This document shows, piece after piece, positions 10,782 to 18,703 of a stretch of DNA of 64,000 bases. The stretch is taken from assembly GCA_963697335.1 (NCBI GenBank), contig CAVONQ010000008.1, forward strand, positions 32,001 through 96,000, in the 5' to 3' direction. The position numbers and the translations under genes are program-made. The notes under the pieces are model-generated. The model searched no databases and was not told the origin of the DNA. It worked only from the letters and a program-made list of their open reading frames with translations. This stretch comes from an uncultured cyanobacterium. GTDB taxonomy: Bacteria; Cyanobacteriota; Cyanobacteriia; PCC-6307; Cyanobiaceae. The first letter of the stretch is position 1. Every line of letters starts with the position of its first letter.

Positions 10782-12698
10782 TCAGAGGCCGCGCTCCATC
10801 AGCTGACCCATCAGATCGGCGCTGCGTTGCTGGAAGCCCGCCAGCTGGTTGGGCTCGAGGCCACCCACCGCCAGGCGGGCCATCTCGTAGAGGTGGGCGC
10901 TGAGGGCGCTGGCCAGCTCCTGGCTGGGGGAGCTGCCCGAACCGGTGATCACCGAGCCGGCGCTGAGCTTCAGCAGCCCTTCCACCAGCCGGTGACGGCG
11001 GTTGATCAGCAGCACGTGGTGGTCGGGCAGGCCTGGCAGGCGCTGTTCCATCAGGGCGCCCATGTCGTTGATGCGGCGCATCTGCTCCGGCAGCAGGATC
11101 AGGGCTGCGGGGGCGTTGTCGCCCTTCAGCGCCTGGATCTGGAGGGTCACCCGGTCGTCGTTGAGGGCCGCCTTGAACAACTCGCGCAGCTTCTCGGAAC
11201 TGTCCTTGCCCTCGGCATCGGCCAGTTCACTCTCCTTCTCCTGCAGGGAGTCATCCAGCTCGGCATCGACCCGCTGGAACTTGAGCTCCTCGTGGCGCAT
11301 CTCCAGCCAGGGGATGAACTGGGTATCGATGAAGGTGTCGGCCAGCAGCACTTCGGCGTCCTGGCTCTTCCACAGGGCGAGGGGGCCTGCCTGGCCGGCC
11401 TCATCGGTGCAATAGAGCACCCGCTTGTCGTTGTCCCCGCTGAGGCGACCGCGGTAGCCCAGCAGGGTGGTGAAGGCCTTGCCGCCCTCGGCCGGGATCG
11501 GATCGAGGCTGGTGCCTTCGGCGGGGTCGCCCTCCATGGCTGCGGCGGTGGTGCCGAACAGCACCAGATCCGCCACCTGGTCAGCGAACTTGTCGTCTTC
11601 CATGGCGCCAATCTTGATGAAGGGGGCCACGGATTCCCAGATCTCGGCGTAGCGCCTGGGATCGTCGCGGTGCAGCTCCTTGAGCCGATCCCCCACCTTC
11701 TTGGCCACGAAGCCGCCAATCGAGCGCACGCGGCGATCGGTCTGCAGGGCTGAGCGGCTCACATTGAGGGGGATGTCCGGCGAGTCGATCACGCCGCGCA
11801 GGGGCAGCAGGTAGCGGGGCACCACCTCCTTGATCGAGTCGCTCACGAACACCTGGTTGCAGTAGAGCTTGATTTCGCCCTTCTCCCAGTCGGCCCGGCC
11901 GCTGGATTTCGGGAAATAGAGGATGCCCTGCAGGGTGTAGGGGTAGTCGGTGTTGAGGTGCACCCAGAGCAGGGGGTCGCCCTGGAAGGGGTAGAGGTAG
12001 CGATAGAGCTCGATGTAGTCGTTGTCGCTGAGCTCGCGGGCGCTCTTGCGCCACGGAGCCTCCCGCTTGTTGACGGTCTCGCCCTCCAGCTGCACCGCCA
12101 CGGGCATGAAGTCGCAGTAGGTGGTGATCAGGGTGCGGATGCGGGAGGGCTCGATGTACTCGAGCTCCTCCTCCATCAGGTGCAGGATCACATCGGTGCC
12201 CGGCTCGCTGCGTTCCGCGGCCTCAAGGCTGAAGTTGGGGGAGCCATCGCAGCTCCAGCGCACCGCCTCACTGCCCTCCCGCGCGCTCAGGGTCACCAGC
12301 TCCACCTGGCTGGCCACCATGAAACTGGAGTAGAATCCCAGGCCGAAGTGGCCGATGATGGCGTCGCCCTCGCTCTTGTACTTCTCGAGGAAGTCTTCGG
12401 CGCTGGAGAAGGCCACCTGGTTGATGTAGCGCTTCACCTCATCGGCGCTCATGCCGATGCCGTTGTCGGAGATGGTGAGGGTCTTGGCCTCCCGGTCGAT
12501 ACGGATCTGGATCCTGCCCTCCTCGCCCTCGCTGCAGTCGCCGGCCATGGCGGCCATGCGGCGCTTGCTGATGGCATCCACCCCGTTGCTCACCAGTTCC
12601 CGTAGGAACACCTCATGGCCGCTGTACACGGCCTTCTTGATGATCGGGAAGATGTTCTCGGTATGGATCTGGATCTGGCCCTGTTCGGCTTGCAGCAC
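10782..12698 (-). CDS. htpG: Hsp90 chaperone HtpG (full length; GTG start inferred)
   Basis: GQIQIHTENIFPIIKK, FLRELVSN, DNGIGM, IGHFGLGFYS, PLNVSRS. Confidence 0.97.
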   Translation of the reverse strand: MLQAEQGQIQIHTENIFPIIKKAVYSGHEVFLRELVSNGVDAISKRRMAAMAGDCSEGEEGRIQIRIDREAKTLTISDNGIGMSADEVKRYINQVAFSSAEDFLEKYKSEGDAIIGHFGLGFYSSFMVASQVELVTLSAREGSEAVRWSCDGSPNFSLEAAERSEPGTDVILHLMEEELEYIEPSRIRTLITTYCDFMPVAVQLEGETVNKREAPWRKSARELSDNDYIELYRYLYPFQGDPLLWVHLNTDYPYTLQGILYFPKSSGRADWEKGEIKLYCNQVFVSDSIKEVVPRYLLPLRGVIDSPDIPLNVSRSALQTDRRVRSIGGFVAKKVGDRLKELHRDDPRRYAEIWESVAPFIKIGAMEDDKFADQVADLVLFGTTAAAMEGDPAEGTSLDPIPAEGGKAFTTLLGYRGRLSGDNDKRVLYCTDEAGQAGPLALWKSQDAEVLLADTFIDTQFIPWLEMRHEELKFQRVDAELDDSLQEKESELADAEGKDSSEKLRELFKAALNDDRVTLQIQALKGDNAPAALILLPEQMRRINDMGALMEQRLPGLPDHHVLLINRRHRLVEGLLKLSAGSVITGSGSSPSQELASALSAHLYEMARLAVGGLEPNQLAGFQQRSADLMGQLMERGL

Positions 12699-12700
12699 AG
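12678..12700. repeat. Direct repeat of the htpG 5' end, left copy (partner 14510-14532)
   Basis: GCCCTGTTCGGCTTGC identical at 12678-12693 and 14510-14525; 21 of 23 nt match when extended. Confidence 0.9.
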
Positions 12701-12724
12701 TGCCTATTGGCAACGACGTGTGGT

Positions 12725-12904
12725 TCAGGATCCATCCCGGCAGGGGTTCCCGCCAAGGGGGCGCCATGGGCAGGAAACCGTCCTGCGCCCCCAGCCTTGG
12801 TCACGCCCAGCCGGAGCCACAGATGCCCCAGGGGGCTTGAAGGCGGCGTGAGACCAGCCCAGGGCGGCGGCGCGCAAGACGACGTATGGAGAGGCGATCG
12901 CCAT
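12725..12904 (-). CDS. Small hypothetical protein, 59 aa (paralog of 14550-14765)
   Basis: MAIASPYVVLRAAALGWSHA aligns with MVVASPYAVFRAADVAWFQA with several synonymous third-position changes. Confidence 0.55.
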   Translation of the reverse strand: MAIASPYVVLRAAALGWSHAAFKPPGASVAPAGRDQGWGRRTVSCPWRPLGGNPCRDGS

Positions 12905-12918
12905 CACGGTTCATGCAT

Positions 12919-12956
12919 GGTACTTGCGTACTAGCCATGGATGGGGCGGCTATCAA
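12919..12956 (-). promoter_or_regulatory. Sigma70-type promoter with overlapping LexA-type box
   Basis: TTGATA(12956-12951)-N17-TAGTAC(12933-12928); AGTAC-GCAA-GTACC at 12932-12919. Confidence 0.7.
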
Positions 12957-13002
12957 TGGCGGCTCACAACAGCTGCTTGGCACAGCCTCCCCATCTGCCG
13001 GT

Positions 13003-14130
13003 TCAGCCAAGGAAGGAGACCCTCTCGAAGCCGATGGCCCGCAGGGTCTTGCCTGCCTGGGTGAAGGCGGTGCCGCCGCGGATCCTGCTCGTTGTGTAGT
13101 CACTGGAACTGCCGGGCAGGAAGAGTGCATCCCTTCCTGCCCCTCCGATCAGGGTGATCTGGCCGAAGCCGTAGGCCCTGTCCTTGCCGCCGCCCAGGTT
13201 GAACACGCCGCCACCGGCGAAGCCGCCGTTGCGTGCATCCACCCGATCGCTCCCCCCGAGGGTGTTCACCACGCCGCTATTGACGATCCCGGAGCCGCGC
13301 CTGCCGCCGCTGCCGGCCGTGCCATTGGCGCCTGTGCTCCCGAAGAGCCCATTCGGCCCAGGTGATCCGGGTTCGCCTGTTTCCGGTTGGCCGGTAGGCA
13401 CTATCACCGAAAATCCCCGCGCCCCACCTAAACCGGGATTGCCGGCCAAACCGCGAAGCCCAGGGCCCCCACCGCTTCCAGAGAAGCCGCCCACTCCCCC
13501 GAGGCCGCCCTTGCCGATCACCACATCGGCTTTTGCGCTGAGCCTGTGGCGCGCACCCCTGAACACCACGCCGTGGCCGCCATCTCCACCCAGGCCGCCG
13601 TTGCCGCCTGAGCCGCCGCTGCCGGCATTACCACCGCTGCCGGCGTTACCGCCCCTGCCTCCATTCCCACCGATCCCGAACTCGACTGTTGGAGGAGTTC
13701 CTGGATTAATACGAACGAAACCATCCCCACCATTGCCTCCTGGGCCGCCATCGGCGCCGTTGCGTCCATTGCCGCCGCCGCCACCGTTACCGCCATTCCT
13801 GCCGTCACCGCCGCCGCCACCGGTGCCTTCGATGATGAAGCGCTGGCTTCGTTTACGCGTTTGACGCCTGCCGATCGTGAGGCCCACAGCGCCCTCGCTG
13901 CCGGAAGCACCAGCACCGCCGTTGCCTCCGTCCCCCCCGGAGAAGCCGTTGCCACCATTGCCGCCGGGGCCTCCCCTCTCGCCGTTGGGGGAAGCATTAT
14001 TACCGTTGATCCCATTGAAGCCGGTGAAACCAATCAGGGGGAAGAATGGAGTGGTGAATCCAGGAGTACCGTTGGAACCTGCGCTGGCGCCATTGGCCCC
14101 TGCAGCGCCTGTGTTTCTAAGAGTGGGCAT
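13003..14130 (-). CDS. Glycine-rich (PE-PGRS-like GGNGG) protein with RTX/hemolysin-like C-terminus
   Basis: Long GGNGGxG tracts; C-terminal LGGSDRV, LGGGKDRAYGFG, GGAGRDALFLPG; more A/T-ending codons than core genes; no signal peptide seen. Confidence 0.8.
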   Translation of the reverse strand: MPTLRNTGAAGANGASAGSNGTPGFTTPFFPLIGFTGFNGINGNNASPNGERGGPGGNGGNGFSGGDGGNGGAGASGSEGAVGLTIGRRQTRKRSQRFIIEGTGGGGGDGRNGGNGGGGGNGRNGADGGPGGNGGDGFVRINPGTPPTVEFGIGGNGGRGGNAGSGGNAGSGGSGGNGGLGGDGGHGVVFRGARHRLSAKADVVIGKGGLGGVGGFSGSGGGPGLRGLAGNPGLGGARGFSVIVPTGQPETGEPGSPGPNGLFGSTGANGTAGSGGRRGSGIVNSGVVNTLGGSDRVDARNGGFAGGGVFNLGGGKDRAYGFGQITLIGGAGRDALFLPGSSSDYTTSRIRGGTAFTQAGKTLRAIGFERVSFLG

Positions 14131-14509
14131 GGCCTACGCCATAGCAAGCTTTTGATTCCAGCATGGTAGATCGGCATGGTCTTGCTTCCGTCAGTTATTG
14201 ATCTTTACCAGCGCGTTGTTGGCTCCAGTGCTTGCGCATCGGCTAGTCAGGTCACTAGGTAGAAGCTTCAATGGACAGTCTTTTTCCGATCGAGGCGTGA
14301 GGCCATGTCTGGGTGTTTCTGATGAAGGGTGACCCCTCCTCAAGTTGCTCACCGGCATGCAGCTGCCCCTAAGAGTTGGCGAGATTCGGGTCGTGGAGTT
14401 GATTCAGGCTCACGAACAACGTGCACTCTGTGTCACCGCGCACCCCGCTCTTCCAAGGCGGATTGGCGTAGTCAGCTTGCCTGCAGGTGGATCACCCTTT
14501 GGAATCATT

Positions 14510-14532
14510 GCCCTGTTCGGCTTGCTGCACTG
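14510..14532. repeat. Direct repeat of the htpG 5' end, right copy
   Basis: Minus strand reads GTG CAG CAA GCC GAA CAG GGC versus htpG GTG CTG CAA GCC GAA CAG GGC, then diverges and stops after 12 codons. Confidence 0.9.
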
Positions 14533-14549
14533 CAGAGAGGCACCCAGGC

Positions 14550-14765
14550 CTAGGACCACGGGCCAGCGGCAGCAAACAGTTCACCCTGGATCAGCCCCTC
14601 CCAGCCGGGCTGCCCCACGGCTGCCGCAGTGCTAGCGATTGTGCTGGGATGGGGCCGGGCGCTTGGGTCCGGCTGGGCTGCCCGTCGCTCGACTGGCGGC
14701 GGAACAGCCTGGAACCAGGCCACATCGGCGGCCCGAAAGACGGCGTAGGGGGAAGCAACGACCAT
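14550..14765 (-). CDS. Small hypothetical protein, 71 aa, downstream of a LexA-type box
   Basis: MVVASPYAVFRAADVAWFQAVPPP...LIQGELFAAAGPWS; ATG 14 nt from the box. Confidence 0.6.
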   Translation of the reverse strand: MVVASPYAVFRAADVAWFQAVPPPVERRAAQPDPSARPHPSTIASTAAAVGQPGWEGLIQGELFAAAGPWS

Positions 14766-14778
14766 GGTCTGATCGGGA

Positions 14779-14816
14779 AGTACACACGTACTAGCCGGGC
14801 TCGGCATCGCTGTCAA
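14779..14816 (-). promoter_or_regulatory. Sigma70-type promoter with overlapping LexA-type box
   Basis: TTGACA(14816-14811)-N17-TAGTAC(14793-14788); perfect arms AGTAC-N4-GTACT at 14779-14792. Confidence 0.75.
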
Positions 14817-15057
14817 CCTTGCCTGCGCTGGCAGCCTTGGTGTCACGGCTCTCGGCCGCCGGGGGCAGGTTGCGCTCCACCTGCACGAACAGCAGCCAGG
14901 CCAGGCCGCCGCTGACGCCCGTGCCCCAGTCGCCCCGCACCGTGGCGACGATGGCGATCGTGCTGGCGACGATGCGCAGGGCACGGATCCCGAAGCGGCC
15001 GATCCTGCCGACAGACGGCTGATCGAAGCACACAGGCATCCGGGCAGGCTGCCCCAC
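14791..15057 (-). CDS. Small hypothetical membrane protein
   Basis: AGGAG just upstream of GTG 15057 (alternative ATG 15039); hydrophobic RALRIVASTIAIVATV and GGLAWLLFVQV segments. Confidence 0.45.
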   Translation of the reverse strand: MGQPARMPVCFDQPSVGRIGRFGIRALRIVASTIAIVATVRGDWGTGVSGGLAWLLFVQVERNLPPAAESRDTKAASAGKVDSDAEPG

Positions 15058-15086
15058 CAGTCTCCTCTTGATCCGGCGGCCCCGGC

Positions 15087-15242
15087 TCAGAACTTGCGCA
15101 GTTCGCGGCGCAGCCGTTCCGTTCCCCCTGGCTGCCGTTGCCCCTGGGGCTCGGAGCCCGGCAGCAGGGCCGAGGCCAGTACGGCCAACACCAGCCAGGT
15201 GGCCAACCACGAGTAGAGCGATCGACCGCCTGGATGGCTCAA
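15087..15242 (-). CDS. Small hypothetical single-TM protein, 51 aa
   Basis: Manual translation MSHPGGRSLYSWLATWLVLAVLASALLPGSEPQGQRQPGGTERLRRELRKF; below the ORF track cutoff. Confidence 0.4.
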   Translation of the reverse strand: MSHPGGRSLYSWLATWLVLAVLASALLPGSEPQGQRQPGGTERLRRELRKF

Positions 15243-15266
15243 CCCGCCTGCCCTTGGCAGAGCCCC

Positions 15267-15734
15267 CTACTCACACCCCTTCACGGAAATGCGATAGCTG
15301 AAGCCCAGGGAGCCGGGATGGCGGCTGGAGCCCACGCGGAAGTTCATCAGCCGGCTGCGTCGGCCGGGCACGGCCTTGAAGGGGCCGAACTCCCGTCCCT
15401 CGCCGGGATTGAAGGTCGGCGTTTCGTTGATCACCTGCAGATTGGCCCCATCGGTGAACACCATGAAGCCCGCAATCGGAAACAGGGCCCGTTCCGTGGA
15501 GGCGGAGGTGAAGAAGAAGCGATAGCTCTTGTAATCCCGATCCACCACGAAATCGGTGTTCCAGTTCGTGCGGCCCAGGGCCCGGTCAGGACCGATCTGT
15601 TTGCTCACCACTGGGTCACCACCCCCGCCCAGGGGCACCAGGAACCTGCAGCTGGCCTGGGCCGGGGCGAGCCCCGAGGTGGCCGTGATCGCGAGGGTGG
15701 AGAGCATGGCAAGGCTCCCGCCAATCCAGGACAT
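15267..15734 (-). CDS. Conserved cyanobacterial hypothetical secreted protein
   Basis: Signal peptide ending PAQA-SC; GRTNWNTDFVV, GFSYRISVKGC. Confidence 0.7.
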   Translation of the reverse strand: MSWIGGSLAMLSTLAITATSGLAPAQASCRFLVPLGGGGDPVVSKQIGPDRALGRTNWNTDFVVDRDYKSYRFFFTSASTERALFPIAGFMVFTDGANLQVINETPTFNPGEGREFGPFKAVPGRRSRLMNFRVGSSRHPGSLGFSYRISVKGCE

Positions 15735-15758
15735 AGGCAGGGATTCGGAGCCTGAAAC

Positions 15759-15989
15759 CTACTTGAAGCCGCCCTGCTGCAACCCCGGCTTTTCCTCCGG
15801 CAGAATCGCACCGCTCACGGGACACACCTGCAGGCAGATGCCGCAGTCGATGCAGGTGTCGAAATCAATCCAGTAGAAGCCGGTGCCCTTGGTGTTGGCG
15901 CCCTGGCCGGGGTGAATGCAGGCCACCGGACAGGCATCCACACAATCGGCCACCCCTTCACAGACGTTGGTGACGATCGTGTGGGCCAT
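15759..15989 (-). CDS. Bacterial-type dicluster (4Fe-4S) ferredoxin
   Basis: CEGVADCVDACP and CIDCGICLQVCP. Confidence 0.93.
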   Translation of the reverse strand: MAHTIVTNVCEGVADCVDACPVACIHPGQGANTKGTGFYWIDFDTCIDCGICLQVCPVSGAILPEEKPGLQQGGFK

Positions 15990-16015
15990 CGGGGCGGGGG
16001 TGACTGGGGCGGATC

Positions 16016-17206
16016 CTAGGGAGCCAGCCAGTGCAGCTTCGAGCAGCCGCGCTCGCGGGCGACCGCCTCAGCGGCGGCGTGGCTGCTGAACGCACCCGGC
16101 AAAAGCTCGGCCTTGATGGCGCTGCGGTGCAGGGCTTCGAGGCTGTCGAGGGCCTGGGCCAGCTGCTGCGGGGCGCCGTAGGCCACCAGCTCAGGGCCGC
16201 TAGCGGACTCGCCTGCCGCACCGCTGCCCCCACCGGCGGCCAGGAGTTCGCGCACCGCCTCCACATGGAAGGCGAAGCCCACGCCCGCGGCGGCCTGACC
16301 CTCGCCGCTGAAGCGCCCCACCAGGGCGTCGTAGCGGCCGCCACCGGCGATCGCTACCGGGGCGTCGGGCCCTTGGCACACCAGCTTCAGCACCAGCCCG
16401 TCGTAGAGGGCGAAGTGGGGCTGGTAGGTGGGATCGAGCTGCACCTCCACCCCGAGCCGCTGCGCCGCCGGGGTGACCACCGCCAGGGTGTGGCTGAGCT
16501 CCTCGAGCAGGGGGATCGGCCCCAGCCACTGCTCCAGCTGATAGAGCACCTGGGAGGCATCGCCCCGCAGCCGCATCAGGGCGCTGAGCCGCTGGCGATC
16601 GGTGCCCTGGAGCTGGAGCTGCTCCAGGGCGATTGGATCGAAGCTGGTGAGGGCGGCCCGGGCCGCTGCCTGCTGGCCGGCCGGCAGTTGCTGCAGCAGG
16701 GCCCTGAGCACGCCGTGGTGGCCCACCAGCAGCCTGGGGCTGTGCTCCGGGCGCAGGCCGAGGTTGCCGGCCGCCGCCAGCAGCAGCCGGGTGAGCTCGG
16801 CATCGGCCGCCGCCGAGGGTTCCCCCAGCAACTCCACGCCACTCTGCAGCTGCTCGTGGATCCGCTGCAGGCCGGAGTCGCCCACGCTGCTGCGGAAGGT
16901 GCTGCCCTCGGTCCAGAGGCGCAGGGGCCTGGGGCGTTCGGCCATGCGGGTGCTGGCGGCCCGGGCGATCGAGGCGGTGAACTCCGGCCGCAGGCCGAGG
17001 GGCTCGTCGGCGGCCAGGCGCACCAGCTCGCGGCCATCGATGCCGCCGCCTGCGGCCAGGGTGTCGAGCCGCTCGAAGCCGGGGGGCGCCACCTCCTGGT
17101 AACCCCACAGCCGGTAGATCGCTGCCAGATCGGCACAGATGCGGCGGTTGCGCTCCACCTGGCGCGGGTTCAGATCCCGGGCGCCGGCGGCGGGTTGCAG
17201 GGCCAT
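16016..17206 (-). CDS. hisZ: ATP phosphoribosyltransferase regulatory subunit
   Basis: MALQPAAGARDLNP, LGLRPEFTASIAR, QSGVELLG, GGGRYDAL. Confidence 0.93.
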   Translation of the reverse strand: MALQPAAGARDLNPRQVERNRRICADLAAIYRLWGYQEVAPPGFERLDTLAAGGGIDGRELVRLAADEPLGLRPEFTASIARAASTRMAERPRPLRLWTEGSTFRSSVGDSGLQRIHEQLQSGVELLGEPSAAADAELTRLLLAAAGNLGLRPEHSPRLLVGHHGVLRALLQQLPAGQQAAARAALTSFDPIALEQLQLQGTDRQRLSALMRLRGDASQVLYQLEQWLGPIPLLEELSHTLAVVTPAAQRLGVEVQLDPTYQPHFALYDGLVLKLVCQGPDAPVAIAGGGRYDALVGRFSGEGQAAAGVGFAFHVEAVRELLAAGGGSGAAGESASGPELVAYGAPQQLAQALDSLEALHRSAIKAELLPGAFSSHAAAEAVARERGCSKLHWLAP

Positions 17207-17236
17207 GGAGGCAGGCGGTTGGAACGCCGCCCGATC

Positions 17237-18160
17237 CTATGGAGCGGCCTGGGCGGCGGCTCCATCCAGCTCCGGAGCCCCGAAGCTGGCGCCGGCCAGG
17301 GGCCGGCAGGCGGCCAGGCCCTCGATCAGGGCTGGCTGCAGGGCGGGCCCACAGGCAATCAGCCGGCCCTGCTCCAGCAGCAGCGGCCCGCCCCCATAGC
17401 TGCTCACCCGTCCACCGGCCTGCTCCACCAGCACGACACCCGCGGCCAGGTCCCAGGGGGAGAGGCCCCGCTCCCAGTAGCCATCGAGTCGGCCGGCGGC
17501 CACGAAGGCCAGGTCCACCGCGGCGGCGCCGCCGCGCCTCACCCCATGGGTGCGGTGGGTGAAGTAGGCGAACTCGGCGTAGTTGTTGTCGAGCCTCTGG
17601 AAACGGTCGTAGGCGAAGCCGGTCACCAGCAGGGCGTCCTGCAGGCACGTGCAGCCGCTCACCTGCAGCCGCTGGCTGGTGCCGGCTCGCTGGTCGTCGC
17701 ACCAGCTGCCCAGGCCCGGCGCGGCCCAGTAGAGCTCCTGCAGGGCCGGCACCGCCAGGGCGCCGAGCAGGGGTGTGCCCTGCCAGCACAGCCCCACCGA
17801 GGTGCCGAAGAAGGGATAGCCATGGGCGAAGTTGGTGGTGCCATCCAGGGGATCCACGCACCACTCGAAGGAGCCCTGGCCGCTGCGGCGGCCGCTCTCC
17901 TCCGCCAGCACCCCGAAGCCGGGCGTTTCGCGCTGCAGCAGGGCCAGCACGGCGGCCTCGGCGGCCAGGTCCGCCTCCGTGACCAGATCGCCACAGCGAC
18001 CCTTTTCCCTCACCTGGCGCACGCGGCCGAACTGCTGGCTCAGCAGGGCGCCGCCGGCCTCCGCCGCCCGCCGGGCCACGGCCAGCAGCTCGTCCCGCTC
18101 GGAGGGGGTCAGGCCCGACTGGGCCAGGGCCCGATCGGAGGCGGCCTCAGGGCCGCTCAT
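17237..18160 (-). CDS. suhB: Inositol monophosphatase family protein
   Basis: DLVTEAD, WCVDPLDGTTNFAHG, WDLAAG. Confidence 0.9.
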   Translation of the reverse strand: MSGPEAASDRALAQSGLTPSERDELLAVARRAAEAGGALLSQQFGRVRQVREKGRCGDLVTEADLAAEAAVLALLQRETPGFGVLAEESGRRSGQGSFEWCVDPLDGTTNFAHGYPFFGTSVGLCWQGTPLLGALAVPALQELYWAAPGLGSWCDDQRAGTSQRLQVSGCTCLQDALLVTGFAYDRFQRLDNNYAEFAYFTHRTHGVRRGGAAAVDLAFVAAGRLDGYWERGLSPWDLAAGVVLVEQAGGRVSSYGGGPLLLEQGRLIACGPALQPALIEGLAACRPLAGASFGAPELDGAAAQAAP

Positions 18161-18525
18161 TCCTCCTCCAGGGGTAGGCCGGCCCGCACCTGACCGCGGC
18201 CGAAGTAGCGGCCGAACTGCAGGTCGTAGACCTCGTCCTCATCCTGGGTTTCCACCTCCAGAGGGCCGATGGCCCGGGCCACGCAGAGCAGGCCGTAGCC
18301 CCGCTCGCGCAGCTCGCGCGAGAGGCCCAGGGCCTCGCGGTGGTCGATGCTGCCGCTGAGCACCCGCACGGCGCAGGCGGTGCAGCAGCCGTTGCGGCAG
18401 CTGAATGGCAGAGGATCACCCTGCTCCTCAAAACTGCGCAGGATGTAGGCCCCCTCCGGCACCTGATGGCGGATGGTGCGTCCGCTCTGGCGCCAGTGGA
18501 CGGTGATCGGGTAGGTCGTGGTCAT
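18157..18525 (-). CDS. 2Fe-2S ferredoxin with C-terminal extension
   Basis: LPFSCRNGCCTACA...LLCV...QDEDEVYDLQFG. Confidence 0.92.
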   Translation of the reverse strand: MTTTYPITVHWRQSGRTIRHQVPEGAYILRSFEEQGDPLPFSCRNGCCTACAVRVLSGSIDHREALGLSRELRERGYGLLCVARAIGPLEVETQDEDEVYDLQFGRYFGRGQVRAGLPLEEE

Positions 18526-18563
18526 GCTGCTACATTGCCACCTGAGTGCCCCATTTAGCCGCT

Positions 18564-18650
18564 GGAGAGGTGGCCGAGTGGTCGAAGGCGCAGCACTGGA
18601 AATGCTGTATAGGGGCAACTCTATCGAGGGTTCGAATCCCTCCCTCTCCG
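18564..18650 (+). tRNA. tRNA-Ser(GGA)
   Basis: Acceptor GGAGAGG/CCTCTCC, anticodon arm CAGCA-CTGGAAA-TGCTG, long variable arm, GGTTCGAATCC; CCA not encoded. Confidence 0.97.
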
Positions 18651-18657
18651 CTTCCCC

Positions 18658-18681
18658 GCCAGCCTTCGTGCTGGCTTTTTT
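18658..18681 (+). terminator. Intrinsic terminator after tRNA-Ser
   Basis: GCCAGC-cttcgt-GCTGGC followed by T6. Confidence 0.85.
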
Positions 18682-18703
18682 CATGGCCGCTCAACGTTCG
18701 GTT

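Larger units (their letters stand above)
7427..12456. repeat. Tandem duplication, unit 2515 bp (7427-9941 and 9942-12456)
   Basis: Constant 2515-nt offset (rpmB at 7938 and 10453); junction ...cgctcatgccg|ggggtcgatc; 7 substitutions found by eye. Confidence 0.97.

Noticed and set aside
12894..12901. HIP1 octamer GCGATCGC (also near 16347 and 19002)
   Set aside because: Expected in cyanobacteria; scattered, and not at the duplication or islet boundaries.
14190..14210. NtcA site upstream of the Gly-rich gene
   Set aside because: Does not fit GTA-N8-TAC in spacing or sequence.
18526..18684. N-terminal extension of the 2Fe-2S ferredoxin in the ORF track
   Set aside because: It is the antisense of tRNA-Ser; the likely start is ATG 18525.
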